Source: Chiloscyllium plagiosum
Taxonomy: Eukaryota
DNA: 31,089 nucleotides
Direction of reading: 5' to 3'
NCBI RefSeq assembly: GCF_004010195.1
Contig: NC_057719.1
Location: 59,127,703 to 59,158,791, forward strand
Position 1 is the stretch's first letter. Every line of letters starts with the position of its first letter. Shown piece by piece: positions 12,186 to 22,822 of this stretch. The notes beneath the pieces were generated by a model, which was given only the letters and a program-made list of their open reading frames with translations, did no database searches and was not told the origin of the DNA. Made by a program: the position numbers and the translations under genes.

Positions 12186-12390
12186 AGTTAAAAATCACCC
12201 AACACCACGTTATAGTCCAACAGGTTTATTTGGAAGCACTCGATTTCAGAGCGTTGCTCCTTCTTCAGATGAAGAAGTAGCGGCACTCCAAAAGTTAGTG
12301 CTTCCAAATAAACCTGTTGGACTATAACCTGGTGTTGGGTGATGTTAACCTTGTCCACCCCAGTCCAACTCCATCTCTTCCACATCATGG
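12186..12390. mobile_element. Fold-back pLTR of a second Penelope-like family (about 80-bp inverted arms)
   Basis: gttaaaaatcacccaacaccacgttatagtccaacaggtttatttggaagcact (12187-12240) is inverted at agtgcttccaaataaacctgttggactataacctggtgttgggtgatgttaac (12297-12349). The centre contains a degenerate hammerhead-like motif in each orientation. Confidence 0.85.
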
Positions 12391-13145
12391 TTCCAAAAAG
12401 GCATAGATAGGTAGGGCAAGTGGACAAAGATCTGGCAACTGGAGTTTAGTGTGGGAAATTATGAAAGTGTCCATTTTGGCAGAATAATAAATAACGTGGC
12501 AAATTATCTAAATGGTAAGAGATTGTTGAGCTCTGAGATGCAGTGGGATCTGCATCTTCTTGGTCATGAATCACAAAAGGTGGTATGCTGGTTCAGCAAG
12601 TAAGTAGAAAGGTGAACAGAAAGTGATGACTTATTGTGAACGTAACTGATTACAAACATAGGGATGTAATATTTAATTATATGGGGCACTGGGAGGACCA
12701 CATCTAGAGTATTAGTCACTTTACTTAAAGGAAGAATGTAGATGAATTGGAGGAAGTTCAAAGAAGATTTACTAGATTAGTAACTGGAATGGTGGGCGTA
12801 GTAATATAGAACTAGGAGTCACTAAATTAAAATCATGCATTGGCTATTTAAAACAGCGATCTAGTGAAACCTTTTCTCTCAGAGAGTCATGAGAAAAGGT
12901 GATGGGAACAGAGGCTTTGGATATTTTTAAAGCAGAGCTGGCTAGATTCTTGTTAAGCAAGGGGTAAAAGATAATCAAGTCTGGATGAAAATGCAGATTT
13001 GAGATCAGCTGAATGGCCAATTCCTGCTCCATTCCTATGTTAGTCAGAGTCTTCTGTAGCTGAATTCACCTGTGATTTCACCTCTGGTGAGGAACCAGAT
13101 ACACGACATTTTACTTCGGCTGGCTGCAACTCACTCGTAACTTAC

Positions 13146-13208
13146 TGAAATGCTGATATCAACTCTATTCTAGCCTCAAGGGAAGTACAGTGCAAGACTA
13201 GAAAGGGG
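13146..13208 (-). CDS. Candidate internal exon (63 nt)
   Basis: Acceptor cttttaactctttcag, donor gtaagt. Open phase 2-2 frame PFLVLHCTSLEARIELISAF. Confidence 0.22.
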
Positions 13209-13269
13209 CTGAAAGAGTTAAAAGTGACAGGGCCTCATCAATGCTGTGTTGTTAGCTTTACATTTTATT

Positions 13270-13750
13270 TCTTCGGATTTGAGCATCACTGACTAGGTGA
13301 ACAATTGCTGCAGTTCTCTAGTTGCCCTGGAGAAGGTGGTAGTGAGCTGTATACTTGAAGTGCTGAATTCCATTTGAGTGCATAGACACCCAGAGTGATG
13401 TTAGAAAGGGATTTCAGGTTTTTCACCAAGTGATGGTGAAGAAACAGAGATATAGCTCCAGGTCAGGATTTCCTGCGACTTGGAGGGGAACATGTTCTGC
13501 CTCTATGAACATATAATGTAAAAGCAATAACAACAATAGAAGCAAACCATTTGGCTGCTTGAGACTGTCCTTTACTTGATAAGAACATGACTGATCTGAT
13601 AGTGACCCCAACTCCAGTTTTCTATTTGTCCTTCATACACTTTAACTCCCTTACTGTGGTCCATGTCCTTCTAGGTGATAAAGGTTTTCTGTGGAAAGTG
13701 CTTGTAAAGCAGTATTGGCAAGTTGTTACAATGCATCTTGTAGATAGGAG
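13270..13750 (-). mobile_element. Old 3' end of the same LINE family as 30-787, interrupted by a CR1 tail (~13505-13655, minus strand)
   Basis: ctagttgccc (13318-13327) and tgcatcttgtagatagg (13732-13748) are reverse complements of the tail and ..tacaagatgca in the 30-787 copy. Confidence 0.7.
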
Positions 13751-14085
13751 TTGGTTCAAGTAAGGACATGGGCAGCAGAGTTTAAACGTGGTTTTTAATG
13801 ATAATGCGGCTATGTGGTCTGAATCTCAACTCAGGGTCAAATTTGGCACACAGTTTGTGAACAGTCTGGATCAGTCATAAAGAGTTATCTGGAAGGAAAC
13901 AAAATGAAGGTGGCAGGTGGGAATCAGCGATTGTAGCAGGATCAAAGATATTGACTTTAATCGTCTCAATATTCAAATGGGAGAAATTTCTGCTCATCCA
14001 GTACTGGATGTTGGACCAGCAGTCTGATAATTTAACAATAGCAGAAGCAGCTGGTGGTGATGTAGATTCGAGTGTTGTCAATGGA

Positions 14086-14290
14086 ATTCCAAGGCCAGTG
14101 AAGTAGTTGAGGTTTCCTCATTGAATGTTTTTAAAGCTAAGATAATGTTTTGAACAGTAAAGGAATTAAGGGTTATGATGAGAGGCCGGGTAGATGGAGC
14201 TGAGGCCATGAAAAGATCATGGTCTTATTGGATGGCGAAGGGGGTTCAAAGGACCAGGTTGCCTATTCCTGCTCCTGGTTCTTATGTATT
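14086..14290 (+). mobile_element. CR1 3' terminal fragment
   Basis: ..ttttaaagctaagata..aaaggaattaagggttatg..agatcatgg..gcctattcctgctcctggttcttatgt is the CR1 C-terminus (FKA...KGIKGY) and tail. Confidence 0.85.
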
Positions 14291-14627
14291 CTTTAACAGG
14301 ATGAGGGTGTCACTGGCTTGGCAGCATTTATTGCCCATCCCTAATTGCCCCGTGGGCAGTTGAGAGTCAACCACTTTGTTCGAGACCTGGAAACACAGGT
14401 AGGCCAGACCAGATAAGGATGGCAGTTTCCTTCCCTAAAGGACATTAGTGGATCAGATGGGTTTTGCCAACAATTGGCAATGGATTTATAGTAGTCATTA
14501 GATCCTCAATTCCAGATATTTATTGAATTCAAATTCCACTAAGTGGGATTCAAACCCAGGTGCCAGAATATTACCTGAGTCTATGGATTAACAGTCCAGT
14601 GATAATACCACTGCCATTGCCTCCTCT
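14290..14627 (-). mobile_element. Near full-length tRNA-derived SINE sharing its 3' tail with the LINE at 30-787
   Basis: Minus strand head gaggaggcaatggcagtggtattatcactggactgttaatcca, B-box GGTTTGAATCCC, and tail gggcaattagggatgggcaataaatgctg. Confidence 0.88.
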
Positions 14628-17139
14628 AATGTCAATGGATGTGTGAAAACTAATGCAAGTTTTGGATAAGATGGGTGAGGCATGGTGTGTAGATAAGAAG
14701 TTGAAAAGACCCAACAATATCAAAGGGCACTGGAGTTAACCATGAGACAACAGTAAGGGAAGATGGCATGATTAAACAGATAGATAAGAATGGAACCAAC
14801 TGAGAGACATCCCACCCAACTCAGCAGTAGCGGAGGGATCTTGGAGGAAGTTGGTATGATCAATTACATCAACTACTCAAGTCAGACTGAGAAAAACCAA
14901 GGAGGGAAATTTATCTTTTCTCACAGTCACATAGGATGTGATTTATGACTTTGATAAGAGCTACTTTGTTGCTGGTGGCAGACACAGAAAACTGATTGGA
15001 GGAAATCAGCATTGTATTCCAAATAGAATGGGCATCAACTTATGAGGTAAGAAGATATTCAAGGGCTTCAGAAGGGAAAAGGAGTTTGGAAATGGGGCAG
15101 TAATTTGCAAGATTTGTTTATATCCCACCATTCCTTAAGTGCAAACATGATTGCCAGTGAATGTTAATTACATTAATTTACAAGTAATACTTTCTAATAA
15201 AATGCACATTAATCTTTATAAATATTATATTTCTCTATGCTATTATCTGAAAGGGGTAAGATTTTGAATTCAATATTTCTGACTGTTACTTGGTGATTTT
15301 ACGAGACCTCATTATCAAGCTCACTACCTCAAGAGGTTAATCACTTCCACCTACAACATTATTGCAACTTGAAATTGTATATCTCTATGTAAAGTCAGAT
15401 GTGGTTAAAAACAATATTTAAAATGAGCTGGAATTCAATCCTCCATCTCCCCAAATTTGTGTGCGACCAAGGATTAAGGCAAATGCATCAGTATAACTTA
15501 AAGATACATGATTTGTTTCTGAACCTATTTTAAAATTATAATCACTTATTGAGAATGCAAAAGCTTTTAGAATACAGGCAATTGAAAAGTTTGCGAATTA
15601 TGTATTTCAATCTTTTTGGACTCAGTGGGTGATATTTAATGAATGATGTGGGATTTGCAACAAATCTTATATTATTTCTAAAGAGAATATTCATCAGGTA
15701 CTCTAGCAACTAATTTCAGTAAAGAACATTTGGCTTGTTGAGGTCTGATATCATCGGCATTATAATTTTTAAAAAATTAATACATTGGTGACATTCTTAT
15801 AAAAAGTGAAAATTACAATATAATGTGACAATATAAGACTAAATATTAGAAGCAGAATACCACAGGCAGAGCTAATCTATCTCATAACGAATAAATCAGG
15901 TAAAAGTTCTGCAGTTCTGTCACGTCCAGTTATGAAAGGTATAAATAATTAAAAAGGAACAAGAGGCTGCATTAATAGGTTCACACCAGGTCTCTGTATT
16001 TAATGATGTGGAGAGACAGTACTTAATGTTCAGTAGAAGCATAAATGCCAAATGTTACATTTCAATCTTTTCATTTTTACATTTACCAGCTCTTTCTTCC
16101 ACACAAAGATTCACACAGGTTCCGTTTTCTTGATATCTCCATTTTGTGTGGGATGATGGGATATGTGAGGGATGTGGGAGGTGTTCATCTCCAATTATGA
16201 ATGGCTTTGGGTTGGTTAGCATATTGAAAAAAACACATCAGGGCTGACATTTGTTGCAACTTTAATAAAATACTGAATATTGATATTCAGCTTCCACCAT
16301 CTGATATTAAATCCTGATACCTTCATGTGCGAAAATTATTTTCAAAAAGCACAAACAGTAGCCTAAAATACAAGTGGACCTATATCAATAGCTGCTAAAT
16401 TCTGACAACCTGGATAAATTTTTAAAATGGAATATTTGAAAGAAGCTGAAAAAACTGATTATAAGATTAAACAAATTAATCATAGTCTGAAAGCTTTAAA
16501 GACAAATGATTTGTGTTCACAAATTCTAACAATTTAAAGCTTCTCTGTCATTGCAGAAGTGGCAGACGACCCTGGAAATCAAAAGTCCCACCCTTTGGAA
16601 TATAGCATTAAGTTAAAAGTAGGCATGCATGTGCACAAAGTCATTAACTGTCAAGCGAATTGGAACTGTGAACAGACCTGTCAAAAGCAACTGTCCAAAA
16701 GCCAAAATGACCTATCAAAGTCATAGAGATGTACAGCACGGAAACAAACCCTTCAGTCCAACCCATCCATGCCGACCAGATATTCCAACTCAATCTAGTC
16801 CCACCTGCCAGCACCCAGCCCATATTCCTTCAAATCCTTCCTATTCATATACCCATCCAAATGCCTCTTAAATGTTGCAATTGTACCAGCCTCCACCATT
16901 TCCTCTGGCAGCTCATTCCATACACGTACCACCCTCTGCATGAAAATGTTGCCCCTTAGGTCTCTTTCATATCTTTCCCCTCTCACCTTAAACCTATGCC
17001 CTCTAGTTCTGGACTCCCCGACCCCAGGGAAAAGACTTTGCCTATTTACCCTATCCATGCCCCTCATAATTTTGTAAACCTCTTTAAGGTCACCCCTCAG
17101 CCTCCGACGCTCCAGGGAAAACAGCCCCAGCCTGTTCAG

Positions 17140-17688
17140 GAGTAAAGTGGTGCTGGAAAAGCACAGCAGTTCAGGCAGCATCCGAGAAGCAGTAAAAATT
17201 GATGTTTCGGGCAAAAGCCCTTCATCAGGAATACAGACCGAGTGCCTGAAGGGTGGAGAGATAAATGAGAGGAGGGTTGGGTGGGGAGAAAGTAGCATAG
17301 AGTACAAGAAGTGAATGGGGGTGGGGATGAAGGTGATAGGTCAGGGAGGAGGGTGGGGTAAGGTAGCAAAGAGTAAGAGCGACAGGGCAGAGGAAATGAC
17401 CTGAGAGTTGCAGTGGGAAAGGGACCCCCTGAGATTCTTGTAGAAAGAGGAGGAAAACTTCTTTAAGGCAGGCATCCTTGTAAGAGGATTCACAGTAGGA
17501 TTAAAATCAACTAGATAAAAACAATGACTGCAGATGCTGGAAACCAGATTCTGGAGTAGAGTGGTGCTGTAAAAGCACAGCAGTTCAGGCAGCATCCGAG
17601 GAGCATTAAAATCGACGTTTCGGGCAAAAGCCCTTCATCAGGAATACAGGCAGAGAGCCTGAAGGGTGGAGAGATAAATGAAAGAGGC
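17140..17688 (-). mobile_element. Short Penelope-like derivative (partial pLTR - ORF start - 3' UTR - pLTR) nested in the CR1
   Basis: Direct repeats at ~17140-17270 and ~17552-17682 flank MPALKKFSSSFYKNLRGSLSHCNSQVISSAL. TSD ctgttcag at ~17132-17139 and ~17688-17695. Confidence 0.92.
17610..17645 (-). ncRNA. Minimal type I hammerhead ribozyme motif in a Penelope pLTR
   Basis: CUGAUGA-A-GGGC-UUUU-GCCC-GAAAC-GUC gives an intact core, stem II and a palindromic stem III. Variant copies lie at 3541-3576, 11456-11491, 17198-17232 and 22458-22493. Such minimal hammerheads are established features of PLE pLTRs. Confidence 0.75.
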
Positions 17689-18908
17689 TGTTCAGCCTCT
17701 CCCTTTAGCTCAAAACCTCCAACCCTGGTAACTTCCTTGTAAATCTTTTCTGAACCCTTTCAAGTTTCACAATATCTTTCTAATAGGAAGGAGACCAGAA
17801 TTGCACTCAATATTCCAACAGTGGCCTAACCAATGTCCTGTATAGCTGCAATATGACCGCTTAATTCTTATACTCAATACTCTGACCAATAAAGGAAAGC
17901 ATACCAAACGTCTTCTTCACTATCCTATCTACCTACAACTCCACTTTCAAGGAGCTATGAACCTGCACTTCAAGGTCTCTTTGTTCAGCAACACTCCCTA
18001 GGACCTTACCATGAAGTGTATAAGTCCTGCTAAGATTTGCTTTCCCAAAATGCAGCACCATGCATTTATCTGAATTAAACTCCATCTGTCACTTCTCAGC
18101 CCATTGGCCCATCTAGTCCGGATCCTGTTGTAATCTGAGGTAACCCTAAAAAATATTGATAGCACCTGTCAAAGGACACTGTCAGAAACATCAAGGCACT
18201 TAAAACTGTTGGCTTAACTGTAAGGGTTACCATGACTAAATGAGTGCAGCATGACTGATTTCACACCTTTCCACTGGAACAGATAGAAGCCTGTTTTCCA
18301 ATTTGATTAATTGTTTTAAGTAGCTATGCACTCTTTAAAGTGGAACTATTAATTCCAATTTTATGGTTATAAGAGACTATGTAGTTGCACTAAATTAAAG
18401 GTAGTAATTTTTTTCGTGTGAATGGTACTTTTTAAAAATAAATAGACACTTAGATCTTCATATTATTTCACCTCAGCAAGGGTCCTGAGGTCAGCCCATC
18501 GTAAGTGTCAGGTGAAGCATGAAGTTGGAGCATGTGTTAATATGAGCTGGCAAAGGATTTTCATAAGAGCTACATTCCTTCAATGTCCTAGAATTCAGCA
18601 AACATAGATTCACCATTTATTTTTCCTGTGTTGCCTTGGCATTTAGTGCTAACGCAAAACCAGGAAGCTTGTCATGGCTGACAACAGTCAATAGTCAATC
18701 AAGGGGGATAGCTTATGTTTAGGGGGTCCTGGCACAGTAAGTCAAGGGCAGCCTCTAACATCAGTCCAGGGTTTGGACATGGGCAGGCAGTCACTCAGGG
18801 CAGTCAGAATCGGGATCCTTTCCTCTGAAGAGATGAAGAGCTGACTGTCAGGCAGTGTTCCAACCATCCTGACACTTTCTGCCCCTTAATGGACTGGTTT
18901 CCTACTGG

Positions 18909-19480
18909 TGTGACAAAGCTGTTCCTTTAACAAAGTTACTCCGTCCTTGGCTTTTTTTTTTCCAGAGAGATCGTAAATGACACAGACTCCGAAAGGTCTG
19001 GTGTTGTAGGGTTTTAGGGCCAATTTGATAATAACTAACAGATACTACCTCAGGCAGAAGGCTTTCAAGTTTAAAAAGAAAACTTGTACAATGAAAGGAT
19101 GTGGCCAGTTCTCCCAGCTCAGCTTTTCTCTGGCTTGGTTTGGTTTTTTAGCAGTAGTATGGAAAAGCTACTTGACCCAAAGAAGCAGGTCCAGGCTGGT
19201 ATCCTGTCAAACCCTGTGTTTGATTTTACCTTTTGTACCAAGGGGTGTTTATGGGCATTGTTGCAAGTATTTGGAACAGCATCATTAAGTTGGAGTGGTC
19301 TGTTGGGTTTTTGGAGAGGTTAAGTTATTTGGTACTCTGTTTTCTGTTGATTGCGTTTCAATCATTAATCTTGTAAATAAATTCTGTTTTGTTTGAAACT
19401 AAGTAGTTTGACCAGCTGATCCTCTCCTGGAATATCCACTTTACACCTGCTTAAAACAACTAACGAAGTTAGGGTCTGAG
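18909..19480 (+). mobile_element. Probable solo LTR (Gypsy-like), 3'-truncated
   Basis: Begins TGTGACA, has T-rich blocks and gtaAATAAAttctgttttgttt at ~19373-19395. It resembles shark LTRs as I recall them. No terminal CA or TSD confirmed. Confidence 0.5.
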
Positions 19481-19849
19481 ACAATAACTCATTTATGCTC
19501 ACCACAATTCTGATAGATCTAAGATATTTCCAGAATTTTCTGTTTCCATTTCCAGTTTTTTGCTTTTCATTTATATTGAGTCTTTGATAGTATGACACAA
19601 GATAGCTGGAAATAAGATGCTAATTGCCACGTGAGTTATAGAAAACAATTCAAGAAGAAGAGCCTTGCAAATTGTGAAAGCAAAATCTGAGATCTAGGAT
19701 ATTTTAAGTCAAACTATAATGGAGGAAGAGTTTGAAGGACTCTTGACATTTAATGTAAATTCAACAGCTTTCACATTAGAATACCCAGCCTTACACATTG
19801 AAGTAGCCGCAATATGTATGTGGCTGGTCCAGTAAACTGAGTGGTTTCA

Positions 19850-20015
19850 ATCTGGAAAGCAAAGATGTTCGAGGCAGTTTTAATCAAGAATTTCCAAAAG
19901 GAAAATTGTTGCAAGTCTATGCAGAGTGACAGTGCAATGAGCACAATTAATTTTACAGACAGCCAACATAGACATGATGGACCAAATTACCTTTCTGTGC
20001 AGTGATCAACTTCTT
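19850..20015 (+). mobile_element. Ancient CR1 3' tail remnant
   Basis: agccaacatagacatgatggaccaaattacctttctgtgcagtga resembles the CR1 tail (gatgggccgaatggcctccttctgtgctgta). Confidence 0.55.
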
Positions 20016-20019
20016 TATG

Positions 20020-20170
20020 ATCCCACAGTGAATAGTGAACTCGTGTTGTTGCTGGATGTTTCAATGATTGTAATGCCATTAAATGCCAAAAACAGTTAGT
20101 TGGAACCTCTAATTGCAAGTAATCATTGTTTTATATTTATGTGAATATCACTTGCTACTTGTCAGCCTCT
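20020..20170 (-). mobile_element. Ancient fragment of the LINE family at 30-787
   Basis: Reverse complement ggctgacaagtagcaagtgatattc..catttaatggcattacaatc matches ggctaacaagtggcag..cattcaatggtattactatc at ~253-336. Confidence 0.6.
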
Positions 20171-21267
20171 TTTATCTAGAATAGATTGAAGTATAAAAGC
20201 AACTAATGTATACGCTATATGAGTAAATGTCATGAACTATTTTCAATTCACAATTTTTTTTTGTTTTCTTTTGGGAGACAGCGCAGGAAGCATTTATGTT
20301 AGAGTACGTCCTGACATTGTTATGAAGTAGAATACTGTTTGACAAAAGCTAGGTCACTGTCTTGGATTTGAGATTATTCTAATTTTTGTTACAGATGGTA
20401 AAATGTCACCAATGAAGCTTGTTCTACATCCAACTGAATGTTATACACATGGTGAAAATCCCTGTTGAAAAAAAGGATTCAAAATATGTTGTTAAATTTT
20501 AATTACTTTTTCAACATTAATAGACCAAAAAAGTGGTTTATCTGACTCCACAGGTTGCTGAATGGATTTATCTGATGAACATTTGAGAAGGAAATTGGAA
20601 TGGATACAACCCTTGATTTCTATTGAGCAACAATTACTGGAAGTGCAAACGTGGAATGAGAACATTATTGTGCCTCAACTATGATATTTCCCACAGTCAA
20701 ACACCTTCCAAACCTCAAGTCTTACCCTTGACATGAAAATCATTGGAAAATAAAAAATGCTACAAAACGCATTGTGGAAAATGGTACACTCCAATGGTAA
20801 TGAATGGTTCAGAACTTTAGCGATGAAAGTATAATGCTGCTCTTCACATATTTTGCATGGGTTCCACATTTACACAATGGCCTTTACTTCCCATCAATTC
20901 TGTACATCGAAACAAACCTGGTGCAATTTGACCAAGCCAGCATTAAAAACTGTAAAAGTTCCAACATAAATGAGTTATGCAAAAAATTCACAAGTATTCA
21001 GATTTCTACAAATTTTTACTTTAGGTGCAAATTCACAAACTGACCTGATGTACACACCGGCAAGGCTAATTGGTTGACATATGGTTGAGAATGACAAGAT
21101 CTACTGATTTGTTGCCATTCAAGGAAGGTCACCAAATTCCACTTGTTTCATTCCAATGCACAAACACCAGAAAGTACGTGTAGCCATGAGGCTTCAGCAT
21201 TACTGCAGTAATTAGCCATTATGTCAGAAAGGTAAGAGACCTCAGTAAATAAATTAGAAAAAAAAAG

Positions 21268-21690
21268 AGGCTTTATATTTGTTAAGTATCTTCCATGACC
21301 ATAAGAAATCTCAATGTGTTTTACATCCAGTGAAGTATCTTTGAAGTGTAATCACTGTTTAGAAAATTCTGTAGACACTTTGCTCACAGCAAGCTCTCAG
21401 AACAGTTATGTGTTGATGACTAGATAATCTATTTTTAGGCTATCAATTGTGATCACAAATCTTGGCTAGGGCATGAAGGATAACTCCTCTTCTCTCCCTG
21501 AAATCTATGCTGTGGGATCTATTGTGTCCAGCAAGCAGGAAGGGTGGCACCTTGCTTTAGTACCTTATCCAAAAGAAAACACCACCTTTAGCAATGTTCT
21601 CCCTCAATATTACTTTCTCTGCTCAAGTCCTGGAATGGAACTAAAAACCTCAATCTTCTGACTCATAGGTGAAGTTAGGCTACAACAGAC
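21268..21690 (-). mobile_element. Degenerate Deu-domain SINE (SacSINE1-like)
   Basis: tgaagt..tttgaagtgtaatcactgtt..cacagcaagctc..atgactagataatct..tgtgggatct..ctccctcaatatt..ttctgactca is the reverse complement of the Deu-SINE layout seen at 7330-7650, including its 3' tail. Confidence 0.8.
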
Positions 21691-21856
21691 ATTTAGTTAT
21701 ATTAAGATATTGCACCATTACATTGTAACTTTATTAAATTAATACTTAAATGAAATCAATAGTTAACTAAACATTGTGCTTGATATCTCCATTTTGACTA
21801 AGTTTTGAGTTAAATTAAGTTCACATTTAGATCTCAAATGGATAAAACCTACTCAC

Positions 21857-21934
21857 TTCTCACTCCTCTTTATAATGCTGGAGGTGGAGAAGGAGGGAAA
21901 AAAGTGAGAACATTCTGGAACATATGTCTGTAGT
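21857..21934 (-). CDS. Candidate internal exon (78 nt)
   Basis: Acceptor cacttatattttgcttcaag, donor gtgagt. Open phase 2-2 frame LQTYVPECSHFFPSFSTSSIIKRSE. Confidence 0.22.
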
Positions 21935-22392
21935 CTTGAAGCAAAATATAAGTGAATGTGTAAAGTTTTGAGAAGATGTTAGAAGCTGGTTGTCCACCAT
22001 GTACATGTCACTACGTGTACAATCATTCAGTTCTATAATGGACAAAGGGAAGACCTGAAGCCTCAATCAATAACCATCATGCTACTTTACAAATGATAGT
22101 CACAATGATTTTATTTTCTTAGAATTGCAATTCATTATACCACTCTCAATGACCATGTCAGTCAAGTTGTGGAGATGACTGCAATCCGACAGAATATCAA
22201 ATGTTTTTCATTAACAGCCTTGCAGAGGAGAGAAAATTACTTGATACTAGCCTACTGTTTAGGAAAATTATTAAATTAATCAATCGTCAAAGCAGAGGTG
22301 TTTCAGTCAATTTGCACAATGTTCAGATTGAACTCATTCACCATTTGTTTTTAATGTATTAGTTTCAGGAGCAATCAGCTAAAGTCAAGCTA

Positions 22393-22822
22393 CAGAGTCT
22401 AGATTAGAGTGGTGTTCGAAAAGCACAGCTGGTCAGGTAGCATCCGAGGAGCAGGAAAATCAACGTTTTGGGCAAAAGCCCTTCATCAGGAATGAGGCAG
22501 GGAGCATCTGGGATGGAGAATGAAGTCCACATTGATACCCTGGGGTTGAAGTGTTCCGAGGCAGAAGATGAGGCATTCTTCCTCCCGGCGTCGGGTGGTG
22601 AGGAAGTGGTGGTGGAGGAGGTCCAGAACCTGCATCCCCTTGGCAGAGTGGGAGGGGGAGTTGAAATGTTGGGCCACAGGGCAGTGGGGTTGATTGGTTC
22701 GGATTTCCTGGATATGTTCCCTAAAGCGCTCTGTGAGAAGGTGTCCAGTCTCACCAATGTAAAGGAGACCACATCGGGAGCAATGGATACAACATCCACC
22801 AATGTCCTTTATTGTATCCGTT
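22393..22822 (-). mobile_element. Penelope-like element 3' end with GIY-YIG endonuclease remnant and a short inverted 5' segment
   Basis: Minus strand reads CIHCSRCGLLYIGETGH..ERFREH..PVAQHFNSPSHS..EEECLIFCLGTLQPQGINVDF, then a pLTR. Plus strand 22792-22821 reads TSTNVLYCIR, the directly upstream motif, inverted. Confidence 0.95.

Larger units (their letters stand above)
11095..13042 (+). mobile_element. Old CR1 LINE 3' half, fragmented by three nested Penelope-derived inserts
   Basis: RQSQHGFLKG (~11115), MDVVYLDFYKVFD (~11213), GVPQ (~12027), WQLEFSVG...VHFG (~12433) and a CR1 tail agctgaatggccaattcctgctccattcctatgtt (~13007-13041). Confidence 0.88.
13760..15110 (-). mobile_element. Old L2-type LINE RT fragment, split by the 14086-14629 insertion
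   Basis: ORF 13875-14081(-) KLSDCWSNIQYWMSRNFSHLNIE resembles the L2 post-YADD motif (CL.DI..WM..NFL.LN..KT). The sequence resumes after a 10-bp TSD tgtcaatgga (14076-14085 and 14630-14639). Confidence 0.75.
16720..18147 (-). mobile_element. 5'-truncated CR1 LINE
   Basis: Minus-strand translation QMEFNSDKC.VLHFG..EQRDL..LYRTLVRPLLEY.VQFWSP..LERVQKRFTR..RLGLFSLERRRLRGDL..RTRGHRFKV..RVVRVWNELP. The tail ends in ctctatgact. Confidence 0.97.

Noticed and set aside
14540..14627. tRNA gene
   Set aside because: A/B-box-like motifs belong to a SINE head; no intact cloverleaf.
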